Assembly: GCA_035649355.1 (NCBI GenBank)
Contig: DASRJS010000103.1
Coordinates: forward strand, 768 to 64,767
Direction: 5' to 3'
DNA length: 64,000 bases
Source of the DNA: Candidatus Polarisedimenticolia bacterium
Lineage (GTDB): Bacteria > Chloroflexota > Limnocylindria > Limnocylindrales > CSP1-4
The notes under the pieces were generated by a model. The model worked only from the letters and a program-made list of their open reading frames with translations. It did no database searches and was not told where the DNA came from. Shown piece after piece: positions 1 through 8,660 of this stretch. Within the stretch, counting starts at the first letter, position 1; each line of letters starts with the position of its first letter. The position numbers and the translations under genes are program-made.

Positions 1-189
1 GACGACGTACGCCGCGGCGTCGTCCGGTGGGTCGAGGCCGGCCACGAGCTCATCCGGGACCGCGCCGCTCCGGACGCCGAGGCCCGCGAGCGCCTCCTCG
101 AGCACGTCGGCACCGAGCTTCGCGGCGCAGCCGCCGCACTCGGTCAGCTCGGTCAGCCGCAGCCGGGGTCCGAGATCGAGCGTCGTCAC
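1..189 (-). CDS. selD: selenide, water dikinase SelD, N-terminal 63 codons (gene runs off the window edge)
   Basis: Minus-strand translation from GTG at 189 gives VTTLDLGPRLRLTELTECGGCAAKLGADVLEEALAGL...GLDPPDDAAAYVV. This matches the SelD N-terminus (RLT, G-C-x-x-K loop, DDAA motif). The active-site position is Cys, not Sec. It is absent from the ORF track because it is edge-truncated. Confidence 0.8.
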   Translation of the reverse strand, partial: MTTLDLGPRLRLTELTECGGCAAKLGADVLEEALAGLGVRSGAVPDELVAGLDPPDDAAAYVV

Positions 190-257
190 AGCTCGATCAT
201 AGGGGCCGTCCGGTTCGATCGGCCGCAAGGCCGTTTGGACGTTCTACCATCGGCCGT

Positions 258-354
258 GGGAGCGGTTCTGGGCCGGTGCCTGGCTCGGTCTTCAAAATCG
301 GTGACGCTGCGCTCGGCGTGGCGTGGTGGGTTCGACTCCCATGCGCTCCCGCCA
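258..354 (+). tRNA. selC: tRNA-Sec (anticodon UCA)
   Basis: GGGAGCGG...CGCTCCCGCCA acceptor, 6-bp D stem with 4-nt loop (CTGGGC-CGGT-GCCTGG), anticodon loop CTTCAAA (UCA), long variable arm, T arm GTGGG-TTCGACT-CCCAT, encoded CCA; 97 nt. It sits next to selA, selB and selD. A TACCAT hexamer (245-250) lies 7 nt upstream of the 5' end. Confidence 0.9.
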
Positions 355-374
355 ACCGGGCGAGGTGGACTTCG

Positions 375-1028
375 ATGCCTGACGATCCGAGAGCCGAAGG
401 TGGCAGCCCACCGGTCGAGCAGCGCGGATCCGATTGGGCCGCCTTTTATCGATCAACGCTGGGCCGCGAGCCACGGCCGCTGTTCGTCAAGGGCATGGCC
501 GCCGTGGAGGCCGCCGGCGCCGTGCCGGGCCAGGCTGTCGAGATCGGATTCGGCGACGGGCGGGAGACCCTCGCCCTGCTCGACGCCGGGTGGCGGGTCC
601 TGGCCATCGATTCGGCGCCCGCGGCTGCCGAGGTCCTCCGATCACAGGTGCCGGCGCCAGCCACGGATCGCCTTGCGATCGAGTCCGCACCCGCAGAGAG
701 CGTGGAGCTGCCGCCCTTCGACCTGCTGTACGCGGGCTTTTCGCTGCCGTTCCTCGATCCGGCCGCGTTCGACAGTTTCTGGGCCGGGGTCCGGCGGCAG
801 ATCCGCCCCGGTGGCTTCCTCGTCGTCAACTTCTTCGGCCCGCACGACTCGTGGGCGGGCCGCGAAGGCCTGAGCTTCATCGACCTCGCGGCGGTCCGCG
901 AGCTCGTTGACGGCCTCGAGGTGCTGGCGATCGACGAGCAGGACCATGACGGGGAGTCATTCCTCGGGCCGAAGCACTGGCATGTGTTCGACGTGATCGC
1001 GCGACAGCCGACGCTCACGGGCGGATGA
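375..1028 (+). CDS. class I SAM-dependent methyltransferase (small TehB/TPMT-like fold), 217 aa
   Basis: Motif I VEIGFGDGRETLALLDAGWRVLAIDS. SD GAGGTGG at 362-368. ATG 375 is in frame with ORF 27..1028, whose upstream part runs through the tRNA-Sec gene and is rejected. Its stop overlaps the selA start (ATGA). Confidence 0.8.
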   Translation: MPDDPRAEGGSPPVEQRGSDWAAFYRSTLGREPRPLFVKGMAAVEAAGAVPGQAVEIGFGDGRETLALLDAGWRVLAIDSAPAAAEVLRSQVPAPATDRLAIESAPAESVELPPFDLLYAGFSLPFLDPAAFDSFWAGVRRQIRPGGFLVVNFFGPHDSWAGREGLSFIDLAAVRELVDGLEVLAIDEQDHDGESFLGPKHWHVFDVIARQPTLTGG

Positions 1029-2404
1029 CCACCAGCCCTGCCTCCCGACCGCGGCCCCCTAGCGTCGAGCGCGTGCTGGCACGCCTCCGGGCGGACGGGC
1101 ACGGCGTGCGCTCGCATGACTCGCTCGTTGGCGCCGTGCAGGAGGTCGTCGTTGACGAACGGGCGCGACTGAGTGGCGGCGCGGCGCCCCGATCGATCGA
1201 CGAGCTCGCCGGCGCGGCGACCAAGCGGCTGGAGGGGCTCGAGGCCTGGCTGCCGCCGCTCGCGATCAACGCGACCGGTGTGATCGTCCATACCAACCTT
1301 GGCCGAGCGCCGTGGCCGTGGCTCGCCCTCGAGGCTGCCGTCACGGCGATGGGCTCGCTGCTCCTCGAGCTCGACCCGGAGACCGGCCGCCGCGGCGCCC
1401 GCTACCGACTGGCCGAGGACCACCTCGTTGCGCTGACGGGCGCTGAAGACGCCCTCATCACGAACAACAACGCCGCGGCCGTGGCGCTCGCCGTCGGACT
1501 GGCCGGCCGTGGGGGCGGGGTCGTCGTGAGTCGCGGCGAGCTGGTGGAGATCGGGGGCGGGGTGCGCATTCCGGAGATCATCCGGCGGGCTGGAGCGAAG
1601 CTCATCGACGTCGGGACGACGAACCGGACGCGAGCAGCGGACTATGAGGAGGCGCTCGTCGGCGGTCGCGCGAAGCTCGTGCTTCGTGTCCACCCCTCGA
1701 ACTTCGTGCAGTCCGGCTTCACGGAAGCCCCGGACGCCGGCGCGGTTGCGCAGCTTGCGCATCGCCACGGCGCAATCGTCGTGGACGACCTCGGTTCAGG
1801 GGCGCTGCTCCCGACCGAGCGCTACGGCCTGGCCCATGAACCGACGCCATCCGAGCGACTCGAGCTCGGTTCAGACGTCGTGACGTTCAGCGGAGACAAG
1901 CTCGTGGGCGGGCCGCAGGCCGGCCTGATCGTGGGCCGGGCCGACCTCATCACCCGAATGCGGCGGGATCCGCTCGCTCGAGCGATGCGCCCGGACAAGG
2001 TCACGCTGGCCGCCGTCGCTGCCACGCTGAGCCTCTACCGCTCGGGGCTCGCGGAAGCGGAGATACCGGTCTGGCGCGCGATCGCCACGCCTCTGGACGC
2101 GCTGCAGGCGCGCGCAGCGATCCTGCTGTCCCGGATCGGCGACGCGGCCGAGACGGTCGCCCTCGAATCGACGATCGGCGGCGGCTCACTACCCGGCGAG
2201 ACCCTGCCGTCATTCGGCCTTGCGCTGCGCGCCCGTTCGGCGAACGGACTTCTTGCGGACCTTCGCGCTGGCACGCCGTCGGTTGTTGCGCGGATCGCGG
2301 GCGGTCGGGTCGTGCTTGACCTTCGAACCGTCGAACCGGACGCCGACGACGGCGTCGGCGACGCAATCGTTCGGGCACTCGAAGGCCAGCCGTCGAACGG
2401 ATGA
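1025..2404 (+). CDS. selA: L-seryl-tRNA(Sec) selenium transferase
   Basis: INATGVIVHTNLGRAP and FSGDKLVGGPQAGLIVG (PLP-lysine region) are typical SelA motifs; 459 aa; ATGA overlap with selB. Confidence 0.93.
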   Translation: MTTSPASRPRPPSVERVLARLRADGHGVRSHDSLVGAVQEVVVDERARLSGGAAPRSIDELAGAATKRLEGLEAWLPPLAINATGVIVHTNLGRAPWPWLALEAAVTAMGSLLLELDPETGRRGARYRLAEDHLVALTGAEDALITNNNAAAVALAVGLAGRGGGVVVSRGELVEIGGGVRIPEIIRRAGAKLIDVGTTNRTRAADYEEALVGGRAKLVLRVHPSNFVQSGFTEAPDAGAVAQLAHRHGAIVVDDLGSGALLPTERYGLAHEPTPSERLELGSDVVTFSGDKLVGGPQAGLIVGRADLITRMRRDPLARAMRPDKVTLAAVAATLSLYRSGLAEAEIPVWRAIATPLDALQARAAILLSRIGDAAETVALESTIGGGSLPGETLPSFGLALRARSANGLLADLRAGTPSVVARIAGGRVVLDLRTVEPDADDGVGDAIVRALEGQPSNG

Positions 2405-4251
2405 CGACTGTCGTCATCGGCACGGCCGGGCACATCGATCACGGCAAGACGACGCTGCTGCGCGCGCTCACGGGGATCGATGCCGATCGCCTGCCCGAAG
2501 AGCGACGGCGCGGGATGACGATCGACGTCGGCTATGCCCATCTCGATCTCGATGACGGCAGCTCGATCGACTTCGTCGACGTCCCCGGTCATGACGGGCT
2601 CGTCGGCAACATGCTCGTCGGCGCCGGCGAGATCGATGCCGCCCTCCTCGTGGTCGCCGCGGACGACGGCCCGCGAGCGCAGACGCTCGAGCACCTCGAG
2701 CTCCTCGATGCCCTCGCGATCCGCGATGGGCTCGCGGTTATCACGAAGACGGACCTCGTGCCCGCAGAGCGGGTTGGGGCCGTGCGTTCCGAGGTCGTCG
2801 CCCGGCTCGCTCGGACGAGCCTCGCTGGATGTGAGGTCATCGAGTTCGCGGCGACCAGCAGCGCATCCGTCGGCCCGCTTCGGGATGCCGTTCTGCGCCT
2901 GTGTGACCGCGTCCTGCCGTCGCTCCATGCCCCCGAGGATGGGCCGCGCCTCGCGATCGATCGCGTGTTCGCGGTTCGCGGCCGCGGCGGCGTTGTGACA
3001 GGGACGCTTCGAGGCACGCTCTCAACGGGCGACGCCGTCCGGATCGAACCCGGCGGGCGCTCCGCGCGGGTGCGCGAGGTCCAGGTCCACGGCCGCGTGG
3101 TCGAACGGTCCACGGGCGGTCGAACGGCGCTCAATCTCGCAGGCGTCGATACCGCCGAGCTCTCGCGCGGCGACGTCATCGTCGCCAGCGGCGGATCGGC
3201 CATTGCCGCGACCGACCGGCTTTTCGTTGCCGTTCGAGCGCCAGTGACGTGGTCCGCCTCGGATCTCGCGTGGAAGCCGCCCCGGCCCGGAGCGCGGCTG
3301 CGGCTCCATCTCGGCACGTCGGCGGTCGAAGCGCGGGTTGCCCGAGGCGCCCGTGCGGATGACGCTGAGAGCATCGAGCTCGCGCGCGTCCTGCGGCTGG
3401 CTTCGCCGATTGCGGCGGCGCCAGGCGATCGGTTCGCGCTTCGTGCGCCGGCGCCCGTCGGCACGGTTGCCGCCGGGCGGGTGCTGGACGTCACCCCGCC
3501 CCGTGGTCCGGCGCGCCGCCGTGCGACCGCGGATCGCCTCGCCGCTGTCCTGGCGGCAGCGGACGGCGCGGCTCGCGATCGAGCGTTGCTCAACCTGCAC
3601 GGCCATCGCTCGGGGACTCCTCCGGAGCTGGCGGCCGACGTCGCGACGAGCCTGTCCTCGGCCGCCGCCGCCGCCGTGCGAGCCCACCATGCCGCCGAAC
3701 CGGACTCGGCCGGGATCACGCTCCCGCAGCTCCGAGGGGCCGTTGCCCTGGCCGCGCAGCGCCTCGTCGCGATCGAAGCAAGCGAGGCCGCGGCCGTCGC
3801 TGCCGACGTCATCGCGAGCCTCGTCGCGGAGGGCCGTTTGGTCCGCGTAGGTGACCGGGTCGCGGACGCCGAAGCCGGAGCCGCCGCGCCGTCCGAGCTC
3901 GCCGCGGCCATGGCCCGGCTCGAAGCTGCGCTTGCGGTGCCGGCGCCGCCGGCCCTCGCCGAGGCGGCTCGAGCCGCCGGCTGTCCCGCGGAAGGCGTCG
4001 CCGAGCTCGCCCGCTCCGGCCGGATCGTCCGTCTGGAGGCGGATCTCGCGTGGGCCGCCTCGGAGTTTCAGCGCCTCGCGGCGGTCGCGCTCGCGCAGGC
4101 CCGGCGCGAACCGCTGACCCCCGCCGCGTTTCGCGATGCCAGCGGGACGTCTCGCAAGTACGTCCTCGCGATCCTCGAGGACCTCGATCGGCGCGGGATT
4201 CTCCGCCGCACACCCGCCGGCCACGTTCCCGGTCCGCGGGCGCCAGGATGA
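2401..4251 (+). CDS. selB: selenocysteine-specific translation elongation factor
   Basis: N-terminal GTPase GTAGHIDHGKTTLLRALTG, DVPGH, long C-terminal winged-helix extension; 616 aa; immediately after selA. Confidence 0.93.
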   Translation: MTTVVIGTAGHIDHGKTTLLRALTGIDADRLPEERRRGMTIDVGYAHLDLDDGSSIDFVDVPGHDGLVGNMLVGAGEIDAALLVVAADDGPRAQTLEHLELLDALAIRDGLAVITKTDLVPAERVGAVRSEVVARLARTSLAGCEVIEFAATSSASVGPLRDAVLRLCDRVLPSLHAPEDGPRLAIDRVFAVRGRGGVVTGTLRGTLSTGDAVRIEPGGRSARVREVQVHGRVVERSTGGRTALNLAGVDTAELSRGDVIVASGGSAIAATDRLFVAVRAPVTWSASDLAWKPPRPGARLRLHLGTSAVEARVARGARADDAESIELARVLRLASPIAAAPGDRFALRAPAPVGTVAAGRVLDVTPPRGPARRRATADRLAAVLAAADGAARDRALLNLHGHRSGTPPELAADVATSLSSAAAAAVRAHHAAEPDSAGITLPQLRGAVALAAQRLVAIEASEAAAVAADVIASLVAEGRLVRVGDRVADAEAGAAAPSELAAAMARLEAALAVPAPPALAEAARAAGCPAEGVAELARSGRIVRLEADLAWAASEFQRLAAVALAQARREPLTPAAFRDASGTSRKYVLAILEDLDRRGILRRTPAGHVPGPRAPG

Positions 4252-4862
4252 TCAGGTCGCGGAGCGTGGCGATCGTCCTCGCCGGTGGACGGTCGGAACG
4301 GTTCGGCCGGGACAAGCGCCTCGAGATCGTGGACGGTCAGCAGCTGCTGGAACGAGTCATCACCGCGGTCGGGAGCGTCGCCGACGAGATCGTGCTCGTC
4401 CTCGCGCCCGGCGACCCGCCGCCGGAGCTGCTCCGGAATCTCGGCGCGTCGGTTCGGCAAGCCCATGACACGGTCGCCTACGCCGGGCCGCTCGCAGGCC
4501 TCGCCGCCGGTCTCAGCGCCGCGGACGGCGCGGACATCGCCCTCGCCGTCGGCGCGGACATGCCGACGCTCCAGCCGGCCGTCCTGCGGCTCCTCCTGGA
4601 GCGCGCGGCGGCGCCGGGCGGGCCGGGCGCCTGGACCCTCGAGGGCCCCGACCCCTCGATCGTCGGTCCGCTCCCGCTCGCCGGCCGAGTCGCCGACCTC
4701 AAGACGGCCGCCGGAACCCTGCTGGACGCCGGGCAACGCTCACTGCGCAGCCTCGTCCGCGAGCTCGATGCCGGACGCATCCCGGCGGCAGATTGGCGCG
4801 GGCTCGATCCGGATGGGCTGACCCTCCGGGACATCGATCGCCCGGAGGACCTGGTCCGCTAG
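4248..4862 (+). CDS. MobA-like NTP transferase (molybdenum cofactor guanylyl/cytidylyltransferase family)
   Basis: MIRSRSVAIVLAGGRSERFGRDKRL N-terminus (LAGGxSxRxG motif). ATG 4248 overlaps the selB TGA (ATGA). The upstream part of ORF 4050..4862 overlaps selB and is rejected. Confidence 0.8.
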   Translation: MIRSRSVAIVLAGGRSERFGRDKRLEIVDGQQLLERVITAVGSVADEIVLVLAPGDPPPELLRNLGASVRQAHDTVAYAGPLAGLAAGLSAADGADIALAVGADMPTLQPAVLRLLLERAAAPGGPGAWTLEGPDPSIVGPLPLAGRVADLKTAAGTLLDAGQRSLRSLVRELDAGRIPAADWRGLDPDGLTLRDIDRPEDLVR

Positions 4863-6520
4863 AGCGCGGCGTCCTCGAAGACGAACGTCCCGCCGACCAC
4901 CGTCGCGAGGACCTTCGCGTCGCTGAGGTTGGCGGCACCGAGGTCGTCGATGTCGCGATCGAGGACGGCGAGATCGGCGAGCATCCCGGGCGCCAGGACG
5001 CCCGTCTCGTCGAGGTGGTTCGCATACGCCGAGCCGCGCGTGAACGCGGTGAGCGCCTCGTCCAGCGTCAGCGCTTCGTGGGGCAGGAACGGCGTCTCAT
5101 CGAAGCCATGCGGGTCGACGCGCCGGATCGCGACATCCATCTCCTCGAGCGCATTCGGCGTCGAAACGGCCCAGTCGGAACCCATCGCCATGCGCGCGCC
5201 GGTTCGAAGCAGCGAGCGGAAGGGGTACTGCCAGGTCGTCCGTTCCGGACCGAGGACCGTGTTGTTGAGCTTCACCATCTGCTCGCTGCTGCAGGCCCAC
5301 AGCGGCTGCGCGTTCGCGATCACGCCGAGGGCGCCGAAGCGCGGCACGTCGTCCGGGTGGACGACCTGGATGTGCGACACGTGGTGCCGCCCGTCGGTGC
5401 GCCCGTTCGCCGCCAGGGCCGCTTCACAGGCGTCGAGCGCCAGGCGCGACGCTCCGTCGCCGATCGCGTGGAAATGGCACTGGAAGCCGAGTGCGTCGAG
5501 GCGGGTCACGGCCGCCTTGAGCCGCTCCGGCTCGACGAAGTCGAGGCCGCTCTTGTCGGTTGGCTGTCCGTCGCTGTCGAGATACGGTGCCGTCAGCTTC
5601 GCCGAGCCGTTCTCGATGATGCCATCGAGCATGAGCTTCACCGACGTCGGCGAGAAGCGCCCGACAGGCCCGCGGGCCCGCCGCTCGACGAGCTCGTCGA
5701 TCTGTTCGAGGCCCTCCTCGCGCTTCCACCACAGCGCGCCGACGACGCGCCCGGTGAGCGCATCCCGACCGGCGACCGCGCGATAGGCGAGCTCCTCGCG
5801 CGGCCCCACGATCGCGTCCTGCCAGGCCGTGATCCCGAGCTTGTGCAGGTACTCCTGGGCGATGAGAAGCGCCTGCTCGTTCTGGGCGTCCGTGACCTCG
5901 GGCAGCAGCTTCGTCACGAGCTTCATCGCGCCTTCGTGGAGCGCCCCGGTCGGGACGCCCGCGGCGTCCCGCTCGATGCGGCCGTCGACCGGGTCCGGCG
6001 TGTCGCGATCGATGCCCGCGAGAGCCAGGGCGGCGGTGTTGACCCAGGCATCGTGGCCGTCGCGGTTGTCGAAGAACGCCGGCCGGCCGCCGGTGACCCG
6101 GTCCAGCAGCTCGCGATTCGGGTAGCCGCCCTCGAACGAGCCCATCGACCAGCCGCCGCCGAGGATCCACGGCTCTTCGGGGTGGGCCGTCGCGTATGCC
6201 TGGATCGCGTCGAGGTACTCGTCCTCGCGATAGAAGCTGTGCAGAGCGCAGCGCATCAGGTCGATGCCAGCGAACACGGGGTGGCAGTGCGCATCCTGGA
6301 AGCCCGGCGTGACGGTCCGCCCGCGGAGCTCGACGACCCGCGTCTTCGGCGCGCGCCAGCGCTCGATCTCGGCCGCGCTGCCGACCGCGGCAACGCGATC
6401 GCCGGCGATGGCGATCGCCTCCACGATCCGGTTGGCGTCGTCGATTGTTCGAACCCGCCCGCCGGTCAGGATCAGGTCCGCGGCAGGAGAAGCAAGGCTC
6501 ATCGCCGCCGAGGATGCCAC
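4859..6520 (-). CDS. amidohydrolase family protein (Amidohydro_3 / YtcJ-like metal-dependent hydrolase)
   Basis: 553 aa; GFQDAHCHPVF metal-binding motif, HFHAIGD, and C-terminal DLAVLDRD typical of the family. Confidence 0.85.
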   Translation of the reverse strand: MASSAAMSLASPAADLILTGGRVRTIDDANRIVEAIAIAGDRVAAVGSAAEIERWRAPKTRVVELRGRTVTPGFQDAHCHPVFAGIDLMRCALHSFYREDEYLDAIQAYATAHPEEPWILGGGWSMGSFEGGYPNRELLDRVTGGRPAFFDNRDGHDAWVNTAALALAGIDRDTPDPVDGRIERDAAGVPTGALHEGAMKLVTKLLPEVTDAQNEQALLIAQEYLHKLGITAWQDAIVGPREELAYRAVAGRDALTGRVVGALWWKREEGLEQIDELVERRARGPVGRFSPTSVKLMLDGIIENGSAKLTAPYLDSDGQPTDKSGLDFVEPERLKAAVTRLDALGFQCHFHAIGDGASRLALDACEAALAANGRTDGRHHVSHIQVVHPDDVPRFGALGVIANAQPLWACSSEQMVKLNNTVLGPERTTWQYPFRSLLRTGARMAMGSDWAVSTPNALEEMDVAIRRVDPHGFDETPFLPHEALTLDEALTAFTRGSAYANHLDETGVLAPGMLADLAVLDRDIDDLGAANLSDAKVLATVVGGTFVFEDAAL

Positions 6521-6552
6521 AGCCGGCGGTCCGGCCTGTCTACCATCTCGAC

Positions 6553-7125
6553 ATGCGAACCGTTGAGCCTTCGACCGCGTCCGTCCACCTCCTCCATGCC
6601 GGCTACGCCCGAGACGACGGCCACGTCGGGAGCTCGATCGTCCTCGTCCGCGACGGCGATTCGCGGATCGTCACCGATCCCGGCATGGTCGCCAGCCGTG
6701 GCCACATCCTCGACCCGCTCGCGGCCCTCGGCATGCACCCGAACGACGTCTCGCACGTCTTCATCAGCCACCACCACCCCGACCACACGGTCAACATCGC
6801 GCTGTTCCCGAACGCCGAAGTCGTGGACTTCTGGGCGCGCTACAAGGACGACCTGTGGCTCGACCCACCCGGTGACGGCTTCGAGCTGGGCCCGAATTCG
6901 CGCCTCTGGCTGACGCCGGGGCACACCGAGCAGGACGCGACGCTCGTGGTCACGGCCGCGGACGCCGTGTACGCGATGACGCACCTGTGGTGGTTCAGCG
7001 ACCGAACGCCGGAGATCGACCCGTATTCGCCGGACCAGGCCGAGCTCGAGCGGAACCGGGCGCGGGTGCTCGAAGCGGTCGATGTCGTCGTGCCCGGTCA
7101 TGGGGCGCCGTTCCGCGTTCGCTAG
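6553..7125 (+). CDS. MBL-fold metallo-hydrolase
   Basis: HHHPDHTVN (HxHxDH) motif; ATG 6553 gives MRTVEPSTASVHLLHAGY. The earlier part of ORF 6445.. overlaps the amidohydrolase start. Confidence 0.8.
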   Translation: MRTVEPSTASVHLLHAGYARDDGHVGSSIVLVRDGDSRIVTDPGMVASRGHILDPLAALGMHPNDVSHVFISHHHPDHTVNIALFPNAEVVDFWARYKDDLWLDPPGDGFELGPNSRLWLTPGHTEQDATLVVTAADAVYAMTHLWWFSDRTPEIDPYSPDQAELERNRARVLEAVDVVVPGHGAPFRVR

Positions 7126-7868
7126 GCCTTGACGGCGTCGATGTTCAGGCGGACGTAGTCGAGGAGCGGTTCCGGCATCGCCTCGGCGACGGCCCGGGCG
7201 AGGGCCGCCTTCGCCGCAGGCTCGAGACCCTCGACGTGGTCCCGCAGGCAGACCGTCTCGAGGAACGCCTCGAACGCGGCGCCCGCCTCGAACCTCGTCG
7301 GCTCCGCGGACAGCCAGCAGCGGATCTCGCTGAAGCCGGCCGCCACGAGGCGCCGCTTTGTGGCCTCGGGCGTCGCGAAGGTGCGCTCGATGCCGCGGTC
7401 GCCAGTGACCTGGGCGACGACCGCTGAGAACCGCGCGACGTTGCCGGCGCCGCCGCACTGCGCGACGAGGCGGCCGCCCGGTCGGAGCACGGCGGCGAGG
7501 TTGCGGAAGAGGGCGTCGTGGTCGGGGATCCAGTGGAAGACCGCGGTCGAGAGGACGGCATCGAGCGGCGGCATCGGCGGCAGCGGCCGGCCGAGGTCGG
7601 CATGGACGAACGTCACCCGCGGCGCAAACCTCGCGAGGCGGCCGACGGCCTGCTCGAGCATCGCCGCTGAAGCGTCCAGCGCGACGACCTGGCCGTTCGG
7701 CAGCCGCTCCGCGAGGAGCTCGGTGACGCGGCCCGAACCGCAGCCCGCGTCCAGCACCGTCTCGTCGCCGTTGAGCGGCAGGCGCTCGAGGACCGCCGCG
7801 CCCCAGCGCGCCTGGGGATCCGCAACCCGGTCATAGCTGGTGGCGTCCCATTCGCGAGCTCCGGCCAT
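7122..7868 (-). CDS. class I SAM-dependent methyltransferase (trans-aconitate methyltransferase-like)
   Basis: VLDAGCGSGRVTELLAERLP motif I; 248 aa. Confidence 0.85.
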   Translation of the reverse strand: MAGAREWDATSYDRVADPQARWGAAVLERLPLNGDETVLDAGCGSGRVTELLAERLPNGQVVALDASAAMLEQAVGRLARFAPRVTFVHADLGRPLPPMPPLDAVLSTAVFHWIPDHDALFRNLAAVLRPGGRLVAQCGGAGNVARFSAVVAQVTGDRGIERTFATPEATKRRLVAAGFSEIRCWLSAEPTRFEAGAAFEAFLETVCLRDHVEGLEPAAKAALARAVAEAMPEPLLDYVRLNIDAVKA

Positions 7869-7882
7869 GACGGCATCGTGAC

Positions 7883-7920
7883 CCAGAATCGAAGACCCCG
7901 CCCGGTGTGGGGGCGGGGTC
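7883..7920 (-). terminator. intrinsic terminator-like hairpin downstream of the RDD gene
   Basis: Perfect 10-bp GC stem GACCCCGCCC/GGGCGGGGTC (7894-7903 / 7911-7920). On the minus strand it is followed by TTCGATTCTGG. Confidence 0.55.
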
Positions 7921-7951
7921 GTCGATGTGGTCGCTGGTTCGAAGGCAGCCG

Positions 7952-8578
7952 CTAGGCGACGCGGGCGGCCTTCACGACGACGGTGTTCGCGAAGACGTCG
8001 TGGAAGCCCTGCTTCGTGGGGCTCTTCGACGTGGAGTAGAGCAGGTAGATGCCGTAACCGAGGGAGATCAAGCTCAGGATGCCGCTGATGGCCGAGACGC
8101 CACTGAGGACGCTGGCCAACGTTCCGGGGCCCCAGAGCGCGAGCCAGCGCCGCACGCCCTGCTCCATCGTGATGGTCTTGCCGTCAAACGCGTTGCCGAC
8201 TTGCATGCCGAGCACACGCATGCCAACCGTTGATCGTGACCGTGTCCAGCTGCCGATGAAGTACGCCGCACTCACAGCGATCGAGATCACCGAATAGACC
8301 AGCGTTCCGATTGCGTCGAACTTGCCGGCGGTGAAGCCGGCGCTCAAGCCGATGACGCCCAGGACGATCCCGACGAGGACCAGGAAGACCAGAAACACGA
8401 CGGCGTCGATGATCAGCGCGATGATCCGGTTCGGCAGATCGCCGTAGACGAAGCCTGCGGCGCCTGGGACCGGCGTCGCGGCTTTGGCGGCCTCCCAGGC
8501 CACCGGTGCGGCCGGCGGCGGCGCTGCTGGCGGTGGGCTTTCAGGTGGCGGGCTCCCGCCCATCGGCTCCTGATCCAT
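7952..8578 (-). CDS. RDD family membrane protein with Pro-rich N-terminus
   Basis: Start ATG 8578 is preceded by GGGAGGAA. FVYGDLPNRIIALIIDAVVF (RDD-type) plus TM segments. The longer ORF-track start at 8824 has no RBS support. Confidence 0.75.
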   Translation of the reverse strand: MDQEPMGGSPPPESPPPAAPPPAAPVAWEAAKAATPVPGAAGFVYGDLPNRIIALIIDAVVFLVFLVLVGIVLGVIGLSAGFTAGKFDAIGTLVYSVISIAVSAAYFIGSWTRSRSTVGMRVLGMQVGNAFDGKTITMEQGVRRWLALWGPGTLASVLSGVSAISGILSLISLGYGIYLLYSTSKSPTKQGFHDVFANTVVVKAARVA

Positions 8579-8660
8579 CTCGTTCCTCCCGTGGGCTGGT
8601 TGGGCCAACCCGCTGAGGATAGTCGTGTGCCGCGGCCGACGAGCGCCGAAATCCGCCGGG

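Noticed and set aside
27-374. N-terminal 116 codons of ORF 27..1028 (Arg/Pro-rich MGRGRPRAHPGPRR...)
   Set aside because: It reads straight through the tRNA-Sec gene (258-354) and the selD-selC promoter region, and its composition is a high-GC artefact. The methyltransferase homology and a good SD begin only at ATG 375.
446-6913. Long antisense or overlapping ORFs in the track (for example 446..1768-, 2035..2928-, 2589..3911-, 3022..4224-, 4793..6913+; likewise 16714..18105+, 21215..22987+, 39800..40840-, 43630..45378-, 59802..61250+)
   Set aside because: They lie opposite genes with unambiguous homology (selA, selB, amidohydrolase, citrate synthase, zwf, pyrG, rho, leuS). They are dominated by Arg/Ala/Gly/Pro, have no RBS, and are the stop-codon-poor frames expected at about 70% GC.
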